From Balanoglossus misakiensis (Eukaryota > Animalia > Hemichordata): 48,082 nt of DNA. Positions 1 to 8,373 of this stretch are shown here, piece by piece. How positions within the stretch are numbered: the stretch's first letter is position 1; each line of letters starts with the position of its first letter. Position numbers and translations under genes: made by a program. The stretch is from assembly GCA_040954595.2 (NCBI GenBank), contig JBECUI020000059.1, positions 1 through 48,082 on the forward strand, given 5' to 3'. The notes beneath the pieces were generated by a model. It was given only the letters and a program-made list of their open reading frames with translations. It was not told the origin of the DNA and searched no databases.

Positions 1-51
1 ACTTTCCTCCGCTCGCGACAGCAGATCCTCCATCGCTGAAATAATGAGCAT
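1..51 (-). CDS. Possible N-terminus of a gene running off the window (MLIISAMEDLLSRAEES...)
   Basis: ATG at 51 on the minus strand, open to the window edge. Too short to identify. Confidence 0.3.
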   Translation of the reverse strand, partial: MLIISAMEDLLSRAEES

Positions 52-403
52 GGCCGATATTCGTGCCGCGCAAAGAGCGGCTCGCGAATGGATGTCTGTT
101 CAGGGAACAGCCCATGGATGAAATTTCTCGGCTATACAGGCCTGGATTTGGCGCTTGAACGGAATGAGCATGGACGATATTCGCGCCGCGCAAAGAGCCG
201 CTCGCGAATGGGTGTCTTTCAGGGAGCAGCCCATGGACGAAATTTCTCGGCTATACAGGCCTAAGCTTGGCGCTTGAACGGAATGAGCATGGCCGATATT
301 CGTGCCGCGCAAAGAGCGGCTCGCGAATGGATGTCTGTTCAGGGAACAGCCCATGGCTGAAATTTCTCGGCCACACAGGCATAAACCTGACGCTTGAACG
401 GAA
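44..403. repeat. Tandem array (period 119-120 bp) of the rppH 3' end plus downstream spacer; 2 extra copies
   Basis: TCAGGGA(A/G)CAGCCCATGG...CGCTTGAACGGAA recurs at 100, 219 and 339 (the gene itself). The spacer ATGAGCATGG..GATATTCG.GCCGCGCAAAGAGC occurs three times. Confidence 0.95.
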
Positions 404-830
404 CCGCCAATAGCGGTAACTGATCCAGCTCTACCCAGCGCCAGGCATCAAATTCCGGCTTTTTCCCGTCAAACTGGATCTTGCTCTCGTGACCGGTCAG
501 GCGGAAGGCAAACCATTTCTGCCTTTGCCCGAGAAAAGGACTATTCAGCTTTTGGCGAATATCTGGCGGGAAATCATAATAGATCCACTCATCCAGCGCC
601 GCCAGAGACTTTACATCTTGTGGCTCCAGTCCGGTTTCCTCTTCCAGCTCCCGCAAGGCGGCCTGTTCGGGGGCCTCGCCCTTGTCTATACCGCCCTGAG
701 GCATTTGCCAGGAAAAGCCGCTCTTGCTGTTGATGCGCCGCCCCAGCATCACCAGTCCATGCGGCGAAAACAGCGCCATGCCAACATTGGGACGATACCG
801 ATCCGGATCCTTTGGCTGATCTTGTCTCAC
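339..830 (-). CDS. rppH: RNA pyrophosphohydrolase RppH (Nudix)
   Basis: YRPNVG, WQMPQGG, Nudix box GGIDKGE..EQAALRELEEETG, GQRQKWF, VPFKR. Confidence 0.95.
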   Translation of the reverse strand: MRQDQPKDPDRYRPNVGMALFSPHGLVMLGRRINSKSGFSWQMPQGGIDKGEAPEQAALRELEEETGLEPQDVKSLAALDEWIYYDFPPDIRQKLNSPFLGQRQKWFAFRLTGHESKIQFDGKKPEFDAWRWVELDQLPLLAVPFKRQVYACVAEKFQPWAVP

Positions 831-1975
831 GAGGGGTCACCTGCTGCCTTGATACCAGCGAAAAACGATACCGGTGCCAGATCAAAACCGCGCTCTTTTA
901 ATGTCGGCGTCCATTCCAGCAATAAATCCAGCGTCACCGGATAGGCAAAACCAGTAGCAAAAGCCTGATCATTGGACAAGGCCATGGATTCTAGCTGGAC
1001 AAACCGCTCGGCGATGAGCTTCTTGTCCGGAATGGTGTCGATTATGCTGTCGGCTATGGCAAAATCCAGACCCGTAGCCGTGTCCATAAACCGGGAACGC
1101 GGAGCCGATCCGTCATTGATGAAGGCCAGACCATGCTGGCTGACCTCCCTGACTACCGGAGCCAGAGCTTGCGCCGAAGTGAAAAATTTCGCGCCCTGAT
1201 AATTGATCAGACCAAAATAACCCGCCGCACGACTGAGCAAATAAGATAAACGACGCTTGTTCTCATTGGCATTATTGCCGATCAGCAATGTATGAGGACC
1301 AGGATCATTATTAGGATAATCATATGGCTCCATCGGGATTTCCAGCAAGACCTCATGCCCGGACGCTCTAGCCTTGTCTATCCAGGATTGAAGCCCCTTG
1401 GCATAAGGCACAAAGGATAAGGTAATTTCCGGCGGCAATTCTCTGATCGCTCGTTCGGTAAGCTCCCGGTTTTGCCCAAGGCCGCCAAAAACTATGCCAA
1501 TACGAGCATTGGTCGATGACGTATAAGGACGAGCATAGGCTCGCGCCGGACTAAGACCATCCTCGGCAATCCCCGGTAAGGCACCAAATTTGCCGCTTTT
1601 ATGCACCGCGCCTATCGGAGCCGGCGGCAGCGCAACAACATGATGCCGCCCATCATCACTATTATGGGTGATGGTGACCATGGTCTCATCAGCATCATCA
1701 GCGTCAGAATCATGATGATCAGAATGTGCATGAGGCTGATGCTCATTGCCGTTTGCACCGGCCAGACGACGCTTCAATAGCGGCTTGGAGCCATTATGCT
1801 CCTCGGCAAATAGCGCAACAGCAATCTCAGGCAGAGAATCCTCAGGATCGCCCAGAAAATCAATAGCCAAAGCTATGGCGCCGATCAGCGCTATCAGAGC
1901 CAAAATGGATAAACCCAGATTGATCAGCAAAACACCAGCCGGTGAGCGCAAAATAGAATCAGGATTCTCAGACAT
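827..1975 (-). CDS. Divergent polysaccharide deacetylase family protein (YibQ-like), N-terminal TM
   Basis: LPPEITLSFVPY, GHEVLLEIPMEPYDYPNNDPGP motifs; usual position upstream of rppH. Confidence 0.9.
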   Translation of the reverse strand: MSENPDSILRSPAGVLLINLGLSILALIALIGAIALAIDFLGDPEDSLPEIAVALFAEEHNGSKPLLKRRLAGANGNEHQPHAHSDHHDSDADDADETMVTITHNSDDGRHHVVALPPAPIGAVHKSGKFGALPGIAEDGLSPARAYARPYTSSTNARIGIVFGGLGQNRELTERAIRELPPEITLSFVPYAKGLQSWIDKARASGHEVLLEIPMEPYDYPNNDPGPHTLLIGNNANENKRRLSYLLSRAAGYFGLINYQGAKFFTSAQALAPVVREVSQHGLAFINDGSAPRSRFMDTATGLDFAIADSIIDTIPDKKLIAERFVQLESMALSNDQAFATGFAYPVTLDLLLEWTPTLKERGFDLAPVSFFAGIKAAGDPS

Positions 1976-2128
1976 GATGCTTCATGCTCGCTATCAGGTT
2001 AATAAATGCCCAATCTGGTAGCGATTGCGGCAAAGTTTTGCAATCTGAAGGTTTTTTTCGCATTTAGACAATTTAAGGTTGCATCAAGAAAGAAAATATA
2101 GATAATGCCAACCATGTTTGGATCCGTT

Positions 2129-2164
2129 GGGTCGCACTTTCGGGTCGCACTTTCGGGTCGCACT
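2129..2164. repeat. 13-bp direct repeat GGGTCGCACTTTC x ~2.8 upstream of the first RTX gene
   Basis: Read directly from the sequence. Confidence 0.9.
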
Positions 2165-2194
2165 GTATCAAACTAACTATTCTGGGAAACGAAA

Positions 2195-3343
2195 ATGCCT
2201 GCAAGCACCTTTTACGGAGATGATGACTCCAATATCATCAATGGAACCGAAATAAGAGACCATATCTATGGCGAAGGCGGAAATGACGCACTCTATGGCT
2301 TGGGCGGAAATGACAGGCTTTATGGCGGTGATGGAGATGACTTGATCTATGGCAATGAAGACAGCGACTTCCTCTATGGCGGTTTTGGCAGTGATTTATT
2401 GCTGGGAGGTGAAGGCTCGGATACCATATTTTGCGACGATAGAATAGCTGCTCCCCCTCATGTCAGCAGCGACCCCGAAGCCAGTAGCCGCGATAGCGAT
2501 TATGCTTCCGGCGGCGGCGGCAATGACTGGATCTATGGTGGCGAAGGCGGTGATTATCTCTATGGGGATGACGGCGATGACCATATCTATGCCAATGGCG
2601 GCAATGACAATGTTTATGGCGGCAATGACGGTGACCTCATCGAAGGCGGCGCGGGCGATGACTGGCTCTATGGGGATGACGGCAATGACTGGCTCTTTGG
2701 CGGAGACGGAAATGATATAGTTTATGGCGGCCTCGACCTGGACTATCTCTATGGCAATGATGGCGTAGATTTGCTGTTCGGAGGAGCCGGCAAAGACTAT
2801 ATTTATGGCGGCGCCGGTGAAGATGTATTGTTTGGCGGTTTTGACACGGATCGCCTCTATGGCGATGAGGGCAGGGATCGCCTTTATGGCGGCGTAGCGC
2901 GTGATATTCTCCATGGCGGTGAAGGCGAGGACGAATTGCATGGCGATGCGGGCAAAGACGACCTCTATGGCGGTGAAGGCCGTGACCATCTCTATGGCGG
3001 CACCGGCGATGACGAGTTGGAAGGCGATGATGGCAATGATTTTCTCTATGGCGGCGCCGACAATGACAAGCTAAATGGTGGCGAAGGCGCCGATACCTTC
3101 TTTTTCGAGCAAGGCGACGGCAATGATATGATCAATGGTTTCGAGATCGATCTGGACGTGATCGTTATCGGTCTTCTTGCAGATGGCGGCCTGCAAGGGT
3201 TCGAGTCTTTGCAAATATATGAAAAGTATGATTCATCAGGAACCTATATAAAGTATGGGGATGACAGCATTTTATTGTCCAGAGTGTTACTGACCGATCA
3301 GCTCGATGAAAGCAGCTTCATTTTTGTTAACATAGCCGCTTAG
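2195..3343 (+). CDS. Hemolysin-type calcium-binding (RTX nonapeptide repeat) protein
   Basis: Almost wholly GGxGxDxLx repeats. The C-terminal GADTFFF...GNDMINGF...D.I segment is typical of type I secretion substrates. Confidence 0.9.
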   Translation: MPASTFYGDDDSNIINGTEIRDHIYGEGGNDALYGLGGNDRLYGGDGDDLIYGNEDSDFLYGGFGSDLLLGGEGSDTIFCDDRIAAPPHVSSDPEASSRDSDYASGGGGNDWIYGGEGGDYLYGDDGDDHIYANGGNDNVYGGNDGDLIEGGAGDDWLYGDDGNDWLFGGDGNDIVYGGLDLDYLYGNDGVDLLFGGAGKDYIYGGAGEDVLFGGFDTDRLYGDEGRDRLYGGVARDILHGGEGEDELHGDAGKDDLYGGEGRDHLYGGTGDDELEGDDGNDFLYGGADNDKLNGGEGADTFFFEQGDGNDMINGFEIDLDVIVIGLLADGGLQGFESLQIYEKYDSSGTYIKYGDDSILLSRVLLTDQLDESSFIFVNIAA

Positions 3344-3472
3344 CGAAAAGTATTAGCGAAAAGTACTTGCAATATTAAAGCGCTTGTAATATATAGCAGT
3401 TTTTGAGTGTGGCTTTTTGAGTGTGGCACAGTGGCACACTTGTTGTGGTTGCAACAAATGGAGGTTTGGATA

Positions 3473-4666
3473 ATGGCATCAAGCGTAACTTATGGAACAG
3501 ATTCACCCGACCTGATCGAGGGCGGAGAAGATATCGACATCATACTTGGCTATAAAGGCTCGGACAGGATTTTTGGCGGCGGCAGCAAGGACTATCTTTT
3601 TGGCGGTGCCGGTGATGACTGGATATATGGTGGTGATGGCGATGACACTCTTGAAGGCGGTGACGGGCTGGATATGTTGTCAGGCGGAGCCGGTGCAGAC
3701 CTTATGAAAGGAGAGGCCGGCGAAGATTTCCTGTTTGGCGGCAGCGGCAATGACATTATTTATGGTGATAATGTTTGGGCTACGATAGGCGGAGACGATA
3801 CTCTTTTTGGCGGCGACGGCATTGACACTCTTTATGGCGGCGAGGGTAGTGACACTCTTGATGGCGGCGCAGACAGTGATACTCTCTATGGGGATCATGG
3901 TGGCTTTAACAATAGCAATGCCGGTGATGACCTTCTTTATGGCGGTGCCGGTGATGACTTCCTTTATGGGGATCATGGTGATGACCAACTTTATGGCGAT
4001 TCCGGCAATGATTATCTTCAGGGTGACCAGGGTGATGACCAACTTTATGGCGGCTCAGGAAATGACGATATGAATGGCGAGTTCGGAAATGATATGCTTC
4101 AGGGTGACCAGGGTGATGACACTATGAATGGCGGAGTCGGGGACGATATCTTGCTTGGCAATGATGGAGATGATGTCATCTATGGTGATGTCGGCAAAGA
4201 CACGGTTTATGGCGGTGCTCATGACGACAGGATTTTTGGCGGCGTTAATGATGACATATTGTTCGGTGATGACGGCAATGATGAATTGACTGGTGGTGAT
4301 GGAGATGATTTGCTCTATGGCGGTGCCGGTAATGATGTGCTGACTGCTGGCAGTGGCGATGACTTGCTTGATGGAGGGGCCGGCAATGATACTATGTTTG
4401 GTAGTAATTACAACATAGACACATTTGTATTCAAGCCAGGTGATGGCGATGACACCATACATAACTTTCACATACAGACAGATCAGTTGATAATAAGTTT
4501 GGGTGCAAATGGGCTAAATGGCAAATTCGAGTTTGATGCTCTGGAAATAACCGAAACCGGTCTTGGCACAATGATAGTTTATGGTGACGACAGTATCTGG
4601 ATAGATGGTGTGTATATAGCTGATGAGCTTGAAGATACCGGCTTGTATTTTTCTATATTGGCCTGA
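3473..4666 (+). CDS. Second RTX nonapeptide-repeat calcium-binding protein
   Basis: GGAGG RBS before ATG 3473; continuous GGxGxD repeats; C-terminal DTFVFKPGDGDDTIHNF, similar to the upstream paralog. Confidence 0.9.
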   Translation: MASSVTYGTDSPDLIEGGEDIDIILGYKGSDRIFGGGSKDYLFGGAGDDWIYGGDGDDTLEGGDGLDMLSGGAGADLMKGEAGEDFLFGGSGNDIIYGDNVWATIGGDDTLFGGDGIDTLYGGEGSDTLDGGADSDTLYGDHGGFNNSNAGDDLLYGGAGDDFLYGDHGDDQLYGDSGNDYLQGDQGDDQLYGGSGNDDMNGEFGNDMLQGDQGDDTMNGGVGDDILLGNDGDDVIYGDVGKDTVYGGAHDDRIFGGVNDDILFGDDGNDELTGGDGDDLLYGGAGNDVLTAGSGDDLLDGGAGNDTMFGSNYNIDTFVFKPGDGDDTIHNFHIQTDQLIISLGANGLNGKFEFDALEITETGLGTMIVYGDDSIWIDGVYIADELEDTGLYFSILA

Positions 4667-4680
4667 CGATTGACAGATGA

Positions 4681-4719
4681 ATGCCGCGGTGTGACGCTTT
4701 TGGTGTGGCGTCGCGGCAT
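4681..4719 (+). terminator. Hairpin just after the second RTX gene
   Basis: ATGCCGCG...CGCGGCAT inverted repeat; no strong U-tract. Confidence 0.35.
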
Positions 4720-5044
4720 ATATTCTATGTTCCGAGCTATGCGGCTTGGCTGTAGCCTGTAGCGAAGCTCACGACAACTCCCGGAAAAATTTATAGGCCA
4801 CCAGACCTTGTCTGGGGCAATCTCTCCGGTAGCGGCAATACGACGACAGCGCATGTCCTCTGGCGCATGGCTAAGTGCGCCCTTGTCAGCCAGAGCCGAA
4901 ATTTCTACCTCCTTATAGTCAGAGAGCCTCCCTCATCAGGAGCATGATGGTGCTTCGAGCTGGAGGCATTAGCTTTCCCAATATTGCGCGGATGCTGGCA
5001 AGTGCTGTGGGCGGCTCGCCTCTGATCCTTTAGCCGCAAGGCAA

Positions 5045-5552
5045 GCCGGGCAGCCACAATCCGGGCAGCTACGACTCGGCAGGGCCGGGTAGCTACAAGC
5101 CGGGCAGGGCCGGGCAGCTACGAGCCGGGCAGTCAGACTACTGGCTTCATCCCCATTAGCATCACGCAATGCAGGTCGGGCAGCTACAAGCTAGGCAGGG
5201 CCGGGCAGCTACGACTCGGCAGGGCCGGGTAGCTACAAGCCGGGCAGTCAGACTACTGGCTTCATCCCCATTAGCATCACGCAATGCAGGTCGGGCAGCT
5301 ACAAGCTAGGCAGGGCCGGGCAGCTACGAGCCGGGCAGTCAGACTACTGGCTTCATCCCCATTAGCATCACGCAATGCAGGTCGGGCAGCTACAAGCTAG
5401 GCAGGGCCGGGTAGCTACAAGCCGGGCAGGGCCGGGCAGCTACGAGCCGGGCAGTCAGACTATTGGCTTCATCCCCACTAGCATCACGCAATGCAGGTCG
5501 GGCAGCTACGAGCCGCGGGCAGGATCGAACAGCTACAAGCTAGGCAGTCAGA
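5045..5552. repeat. Hierarchical tandem repeat: constant ~45-bp block x4 separated by variable numbers of ~24-bp GCCGGGCAGCTAC(A/G)AGC subunits
   Basis: AGTCAGACTACTGGCTTCATCCCCATTAGCATCACGCAATGCAGG at 5131, 5246, 5337 and 5453 (last copy with 2 substitutions); spacings 115, 91, 116. Confidence 0.95.
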
Positions 5553-5731
5553 GGGGATATGCCTGGCCCCGGCAGAGTCGCACCAGAGGCAATCCAGGGG
5601 TGCCAAAAGGGCTATTTTGGCTCCAGCCTTCACAATTACAGACATGTTTTGAAATTTTTTGCAAAAAATCCTATTTTTTTCGACGAATAATAGCCTGTAA
5701 AGGCCTGCTACAACTGCTCTTAACGATGAAT

Positions 5732-5784
5732 TTTTAACAATGTTAAAAGTGGTGTTGACAAAGATATTGAGTTGAGTGTATATT
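5732..5784 (+). promoter_or_regulatory. Sigma70-like promoter with an adjacent palindrome (possible operator)
   Basis: TTGACA (5755-5760), N18, TATATT (5779-5784); perfect inverted repeat TTTTAACA-A-TGTTAAAA at 5732-5748. Confidence 0.55.
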
Positions 5785-5862
5785 TCAAACTCATCAAGGG
5801 TTCGGTTGTAGAAGCAGCTTTCTCTTGGCAGGTCATTGCAGTATAGCTGTGGAGATAGGGTC

Positions 5863-6087
5863 ATGGAAATAAATAAACTGGTGCATAATTTACTTACAGA
5901 GCATGATGCTTTGTATGATGAGGTAAATAAAAAAGATCATATATATGATGATGAGTATGATTTTGAGTGTGATAATAACCAAGATAATTATTATATTAAA
6001 GATTGTTATGATATATTGTGCGATATTTTAGAGCAACAATATCAAAATGATAGCGATTGTGACGATTTTAATTATAGCAAACATTAA
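5863..6087 (+). CDS. Small, very acidic, AT-rich hypothetical protein (74 aa)
   Basis: GGAGA RBS before ATG 5863, promoter upstream, 12-bp hairpin downstream; no family recognised. Confidence 0.55.
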   Translation: MEINKLVHNLLTEHDALYDEVNKKDHIYDDEYDFECDNNQDNYYIKDCYDILCDILEQQYQNDSDCDDFNYSKH

Positions 6088-6098
6088 TATTTAGTCCA

Positions 6099-6136
6099 GT
6101 GGCGTGGGAAGTAAGTCACTATATTTCCCACGCCAC
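6099..6136 (+). terminator. 12-bp stem hairpin after the acidic ORF
   Basis: GTGGCGTGGGAA / TTCCCACGCCAC perfect inverted repeat followed by AT-rich sequence. Confidence 0.6.
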
Positions 6137-6295
6137 AATATTCATACTTTAGCTTTATTGTTTATTGTAAAACGATAAATATCGTAAATCGATAAAATGC
6201 TGTTTAACTTCGTTTAATTAACGACAAACATCTCTCTCATGGACATTCTCGCTGACGATTATATCGATCTCCAGCGTGCTGTGGTATCCGCCGAG

Positions 6296-6935
6296 CGCCG
6301 TGCTGCCGTGCTGCCGCCGCGCCCTGTGCCTGCCTAGCTCCGCGTCGTTGCGCCCCCTGTGCCCCTCTTTGTGCCTTGCTCCGTGCCGTTGCCGTGCCCT
6401 GTGCCGGTGGCTCAGGAGAGAGGGGCATGGATCATGCTGTTGAGAATGTGCTCCCATAGTCTGAGGCATTGCGCGGCATGGCCACTACGCCCTGGTGCGG
6501 TGTAACTCACATAGAAATATCTTAGGGGAATCAGCATGGCATTGCCGCCGGGCCCTGTGCCGTGCTCCGTTGCCGCGCCCTGTGCCCCTCTGTGCCTTGC
6601 TCCGTGCCGTTGCCGCGCCTTGTGCCGGTGGCTCAGGAGAGAGGGGCATTGAGAATGTGCTCTACAGTCTGAGGCATTGCGCAGCATGGCCACTACGCTC
6701 TGGTGCGGTGTAGCTCACATAGAAATATCTTAGGGGAATCAGCATGGCATTGCCGCCGCGCCCTGTGCCTGCCTAGCTCCGCGCCGTTGCGCGCGGCTCC
6801 GTGCCGTTGCGCCCTGTGCCTTGCTCCGTGCTCCGTTGAGCTCCGTCCCGCGTCCTTGCGCTCCGTGCTGCTGTGCCTAGCTCCGCGCTGCTGTGCCTAG
6901 CTCCGCGCTGCTGTGCCTAGCTCCGCGCTGCTGCC
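6296..6935. repeat. Complex repeat tract: ~210-bp duplication in A-poor low-complexity sequence, plus a 20-bp unit x3
   Basis: GGTGGCTCAGGAGAGAGGGGCAT...CACATAGAAATATCTTAGGGGAATCAGCATGGCATTGCCGCC occurs twice; GCTGCTGTGCCTAGCTCCGC x3 near 6867-6930. Confidence 0.9.
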
Positions 6936-7031
6936 GCTACGCCAGATAAGAGCTTACTGCTGTGCCTTGCTCCGCGCTCTGCCGCCCTTGCGCTCTGCCT
7001 GGCTGGCACAGCAGCGCTATTGGCGATCGGC

Positions 7032-8366
7032 TTATCCTGGCCGGACTGGTCCCGGTATTTGGTTACTGCGTAGCAGTTCCAGTGCTCGATCGAGCTGATA
7101 GTCTTTACCAGAATATTGTTCTGGCGGTTGATCGGCGGGTATATGAGGCTTGCTCCGTTCTAGCCCCTGATCATTGCCAAGCGCATTGCGCAAGCTGGCT
7201 TCGATACGCGGACCAAGACCGCTAGACAATCTTGCTATTTCTTCAGGAGACATGCGTCTTTGCGAGACTTCGAAATCGGGGTCTATTCCGGCACCCTGGA
7301 TCGAGCGTCCTGATGGCGTATAATAACGCGAGATCGTCAATCGGATTGCCCCCTTGCCGACGCCTAGCGGAATCAGAGTCTGAACCGATCCCTTGCCAAA
7401 ACTGGCCGAGCCGAGCAATAAGGCCCGCTCTCGATCTTGCAGTGCTCCGGCGACTATCTCCGAGGCCGAAGCCGATCCGGGATTGATCAGCACAATCATC
7501 GGCGTATCAAGAAGACGACCACCGCGAGAAGCATTATATCGTCTGATGCTTTCTGGTCGCCGCCCACGGGTAGAGACTACTTCTCCGCCGTTCAGAAATG
7601 CCGAGGACACCGCTACTGCCTGATCAAGCAGGCCTCCGGGATTATTGCGCAAGTCAAGAACCATGCCTTTCAACTTGCCTTTGGTCTGTTTTTGGATGTC
7701 CTTCAGCGCCTTGTCCAGAGATTCTCCGGTGCGCTCATTGAAGCTGGACACTCGCACATAGCCGATATTGTCCTCATGCACGGAATAAGCCACAGTCTTG
7801 GGACGAATGATCTCACGGGTAAGGGTGACAGTGAAGGCTTCTTCGCCTCTGCGCAATATGGTCAGCTCGATATCGGCGCCGGCCGGACCGCGCATCTGTT
7901 TGACGGCCTCGTTCAGTGGAAGGCCGACAATAGATACTCCGTCCACCGCCGAGATATAGTCTCCGGGTTTCAGCCCGGCTCGCATCGCCGGAGTGTCGTC
8001 CATCGGCGCGATAATCCGGATCAGTCCCTCTTCAGAGGTCACCTCTATGCCAAGGCCGCCATATTGACCGCTGGCCTGTACCCGCATATTCTGAAAATCA
8101 TCGGCGTCCAGATAGGTCGAGTGCGGATCTAGCGAAGCCAACATGCCCTCGATAGAGGCTTCGATCATATCGGCATATTCTACCGGCTCGACATATTCGG
8201 AATGCACCCTTGTCAATATTTCGGCGAATAATTCCAACTGCTCATATGTGTCGTTCGGGCGAGCATTGCCTGGCCCTTGGGTAACCCAGACTGCTATTGC
8301 CATGGCCAAGGTCATGACTATCAGTGAAGGGATACGTATATATTTGATTGATATTGGATTTTTCAT
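7032..8366 (-). CDS. ctpA: S41 family carboxyl-terminal processing protease
   Basis: LDPHS, PDZ domain, LDLRNNPGG, SASASEIVAGALQD, GKGSVQ. Confidence 0.95.
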   Translation of the reverse strand: MKNPISIKYIRIPSLIVMTLAMAIAVWVTQGPGNARPNDTYEQLELFAEILTRVHSEYVEPVEYADMIEASIEGMLASLDPHSTYLDADDFQNMRVQASGQYGGLGIEVTSEEGLIRIIAPMDDTPAMRAGLKPGDYISAVDGVSIVGLPLNEAVKQMRGPAGADIELTILRRGEEAFTVTLTREIIRPKTVAYSVHEDNIGYVRVSSFNERTGESLDKALKDIQKQTKGKLKGMVLDLRNNPGGLLDQAVAVSSAFLNGGEVVSTRGRRPESIRRYNASRGGRLLDTPMIVLINPGSASASEIVAGALQDRERALLLGSASFGKGSVQTLIPLGVGKGAIRLTISRYYTPSGRSIQGAGIDPDFEVSQRRMSPEEIARLSSGLGPRIEASLRNALGNDQGLERSKPHIPADQPPEQYSGKDYQLDRALELLRSNQIPGPVRPG

Positions 8367-8373
8367 GCATCAC

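Noticed and set aside
2396-4471. Antisense and alternative-frame ORFs over the RTX genes and other long shadow ORFs in the track
   Set aside because: They are shadows of repetitive or GC-rich coding sequence that fully overlap well-supported genes.
4900-4945. Hammerhead ribozyme (minus-strand CTGATGAG ... GAAA)
   Set aside because: No stem II closes immediately before GAAA, and I could not build stems I and III.
5720-5748. CtrA box upstream of the acidic orphan
   Set aside because: The TTAA half-sites are spaced by 10 and 5 nt, not the canonical 7.
6400-6750. Tandem glycine riboswitch (CTCAGG, GGAGAG words in a duplicated unit)
   Set aside because: The motifs are in the wrong order, the CCGAAG element is missing, and there is no suitable downstream gene.
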